64,000 nucleotides of DNA. Origin: Macrostomum lignano (lineage: Eukaryota). The stretch's first letter is position 1; every line of letters starts with the position of its first letter. Shown piece after piece: positions 61,498 to 64,000 of this stretch. A program made the position numbers and the translations under genes. The notes below the pieces were generated by a model. The model was not told the DNA's origin. It ran no database searches and saw only the letters and a list, made by a program, of their open reading frames with translations. The stretch is taken from contig NIVC01001587.1 of assembly GCA_002269645.1 (NCBI GenBank), positions 62,001 through 126,000 on the forward strand. The letters run 5' to 3'.

Positions 61498-63991
61498 ATG
61501 CCAGCCAGCTGCTCTCTGCCGATCATCGTGCTGCTGTCCGTGGCGGCTCTCCAGCTGACGCTGAACCCCACCCCTGCCGAGGGCTTCTCCGGCATCGTGT
61601 CTGGCGGTGGCAAAGCCTCCGTAAGATTCACTTCTCAGCTTGTAAGGCTTTGCCATTTCTATGTACTTTTCCATGCTGGACCGTGGCTTTCTTCCCCAGT
61701 GCGGCATTGTGTCTTGGTCTTAACAGTCCGGTTTGCCCTTAATTTTCCATTGCCGTTTGCACTCGCTAATTTGCTGTTACATGTTTGGTGTTGCTGTTTT
61801 GACAATAATTCCCAGTGAAACTTTATTAGAATATTAACATTGACTCCGTCTCTCTCATACACCGATTCTACAGTGCCAGGTCGAAGGCGGAGTCTGCTTC
61901 ACCCAGGGCGCCTGCTGCGAGGATTTCAGCTGCGAAGGAGTCACCATAAGTGCGTGGATTTGATATTTGACTGTTGCCCAATTATAAGGGAGTGAGGCGG
62001 GTGCAGAGAGTACGGGCTGGGTAAGAGGGAGGGAGTGGGGTGTGTGCAGAGAGTACGGGCTGGGTAAGAGGGAGGGAGTGGGGTGTGTGCAGAGAGTACG
62101 GGCTGGGTAAGAGGGAGGGAGTGGGGTGTGTGCAGAGAGTACGGGCTGGGTAAGAGGGAGGGAGTGGGGTGTGTGTAGAGAGTACGGGCTGGGTAAGAGG
62201 GAGGGAGTGGGGTGTGTGCAGAGAGTACGGGCTGGGTAAGAGGGAGGGAGTGGGGTGTGTGCAGAGAGTACGGGCTGGGTAAGAGGGAGGGAGTGGGGTG
62301 TGTGCAGAGAGTACGGGCTAGGTAAGAGGGAGGGAGTGGGGTGTGTGCAGAGAGTACGGGCTGGGTAAGAGGGAGGGAGTGGGGTGTGTGCAGAGAGTAT
62401 GGGCTGGGTAAGAGGGAGGGAGTGGGGTGTGCAAAGAGTACGGGCTGAGTAAGAGGGGGAGTGAGGCGAGTGCAAAAATACTGGCTGTGTAGTTGTAGTA
62501 AGACGAGGCCAGAATATTAAAGCAATTAACGGGGAATTCAGAGGCGAAGAGACGTTGAACCTTTGAATGCATGAAAGATCCTCCAAGGCTGAGCCAATTA
62601 AGCATCTGTCAAAGCCAGAAAAGGCTTTGACATCATTTTCTGCAACTGATGACACACCGGTACTTCTGTATCACTTCTGTACAACTTCAACTACTTGCGA
62701 CGGTTGTAAAACTTTTCCACTCTCTCCAGTGGCTGCAGATGCTGAGGGGCTGTCGCGTCAGTCCACTCAGCTTTGCGTGGGGGGCAACTTGATTGACTGC
62801 TGGGGGAGGGGGGATGGGAGACCCGAGACCCCGGTCGAAGTGCAATTTTATCGGATTTAGCTCTGGCAGATGTGGCTTTAGGAGGCAGTTTAATTGGCAC
62901 TGAAGCGAGGCAAAAAATTTTTGAGGAGTTTTTAATGCAAACCTCTAGCAAGCTGACAGCTTAGTACGGTAAAATGAGCAGATTTGAATGAGCCACTCGT
63001 TTTTTGCGTCTGCATTTTACTGATTATGCCAATCAGGCTTCGAGTCAAAATGCGCAAGTGCAACAGCGGCCCGTAGGTGTAATATTCAATAGATGTAGAA
63101 GGCTATAGAGAATGATACCATTAACACTCCCTAACTCAATACATACTCCATCCTTTCTTCGACTGAGGGAAGGTGATGATCCGTGGGCCTGAGCTCATTC
63201 AGTACAATATAGAACATCTTTTCAATATCTGTTGACGTTAATTTTTGTTGGATTCGTAACACCTTTGCAGCAGGAACCATATAACTTGATGCTGATTCTA
63301 AACCAATATAACTTCGATCAGTACTCCTTAGCCTAGGCTACAAAAGGGGTTGGACTCACGACTGAAAGGGAGGAACAAAGGAACAATTTGTTCCTTGAGC
63401 AAGACACTTAACTATGCGTTGCTTCAGTTCACCCAGCTTTAAAATGGGTGCCAGCATTAGCTGGGGTAATTGAGGGTGTGTGTGGCGACCCCCCAGTCCT
63501 TGGACTGAACAGCCGTACGCAGCCTTCAGCGCAATAGCTGTTGCCGAGCGTATATTATTATCTTTGGCCTAGGAGCAGCAACTTTCTACGAGTGATCGTC
63601 AGGCATGTGCACTCTCTGCGCGCCTTTGGGTTTGGCCCTCGTGGCTGTTGCAGGACAACCTCCCCCGGCCAGTTTTTGTCCACTGCCGTAGACCTTCCGC
63701 ACCAGCCGTCTCTCGTTTCTCTCTCTTCTTCCAGGCTCGCCCTACGGCCGCTGCACCTCCAGGCGGGCCAACATGCGACTCGCCGGCGAGGGCGCCTGCC
63801 AGACGGACGCCGACTGCCCGGCGGCCAGCTGCTGCGTCGCTGTGCGCAGCCGACGCGGCGCTCCGACGAAGCGTCAGCCACGACGCGGTCGACGCTGCGG
63901 CGAGTGCGGCGTTGGCGTCGAGAATTCGGACAGCATGGAGAGCCTGTTCAACCAGTACTACAGCGCCATGATGCGGAAGCGATTCGGCTGA
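61498..63991 (+). CDS. Secreted 151-aa cysteine-rich precursor with two knottin-like domains and C-terminal RKRFG (CCRFamide / prohormone-3-like); exons 61498-61620, 61874-61949, 63735-63991
   Basis: Hydrophobic signal peptide (cleavage near AEG/FS); 12 Cys as C-x6-C-x5-CC-x4-C-x11-C and C-x5-C-x4-CC-x20-C-x2-C; GT-AG junctions in phases 0 and 1; ends RFG-stop (amidation Gly). Confidence 0.85.
61995..62465. repeat. 43-bp G-rich minisatellite GAGAGTACGGGCTGGGTAAGAGGGAGGGAGTGGGGTGTGTGCA
   Basis: Period 43 (62006, 62049); about 11 copies. Confidence 0.97.
63390..63455 (+). mobile_element. CORE-domain SINE fragment
   Basis: GTTCCTTGAGCAAGACACTTAAC...GCTTCAGTTCACCCAGCTTTAAAATGGG closely resembles the recalled MIR/CORE consensus GACCTTGGGCAAGTCACTTAAC...CCTCAGTTTCCTCATCTGTAAAATGGG. 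Confidence 0.7.
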
Positions 63992-64000
63992 CTGAAGCGG

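Overview
Eukaryotic (metazoan) genomic DNA with GC-rich exons and minisatellite-filled introns. The style suggests the flatworm Macrostomum lignano, but this is inference and was not verified. Three spliced genes were assembled by hand with consistent splice phases. (1) COG1 on the minus strand: 8 exons, 8765->651, with two apparent single-base frameshifts. (2) A PDE8-family cAMP phosphodiesterase (REC-PAS-PDEase) on the plus strand, about 16302->59254; one of its introns is a ~21.1-kb array of a 45-bp unit. (3) A secreted 151-aa precursor with two knottin-like cysteine domains ending RKRFG-stop (CCRFamide/prohormone-3-like), 61498->63991. Mobile DNA: a 4.85-kb element with ~525-bp TIRs and an 8-bp TSD, carrying two nested ~175-bp palindromic MITEs; a decayed Mutator-like transposase; a tRNA-derived SINE; and a CORE-SINE fragment. 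About 22 distinct tandem arrays are present. Most begin within about 20-160 nt of a 5' splice site, and the G-run-rich ones carry their G strand on the sense strand. The 4653-aa ORF and the other repeat ORFs are not supported as genes. No CRISPR array, rRNA or true tRNA was found.
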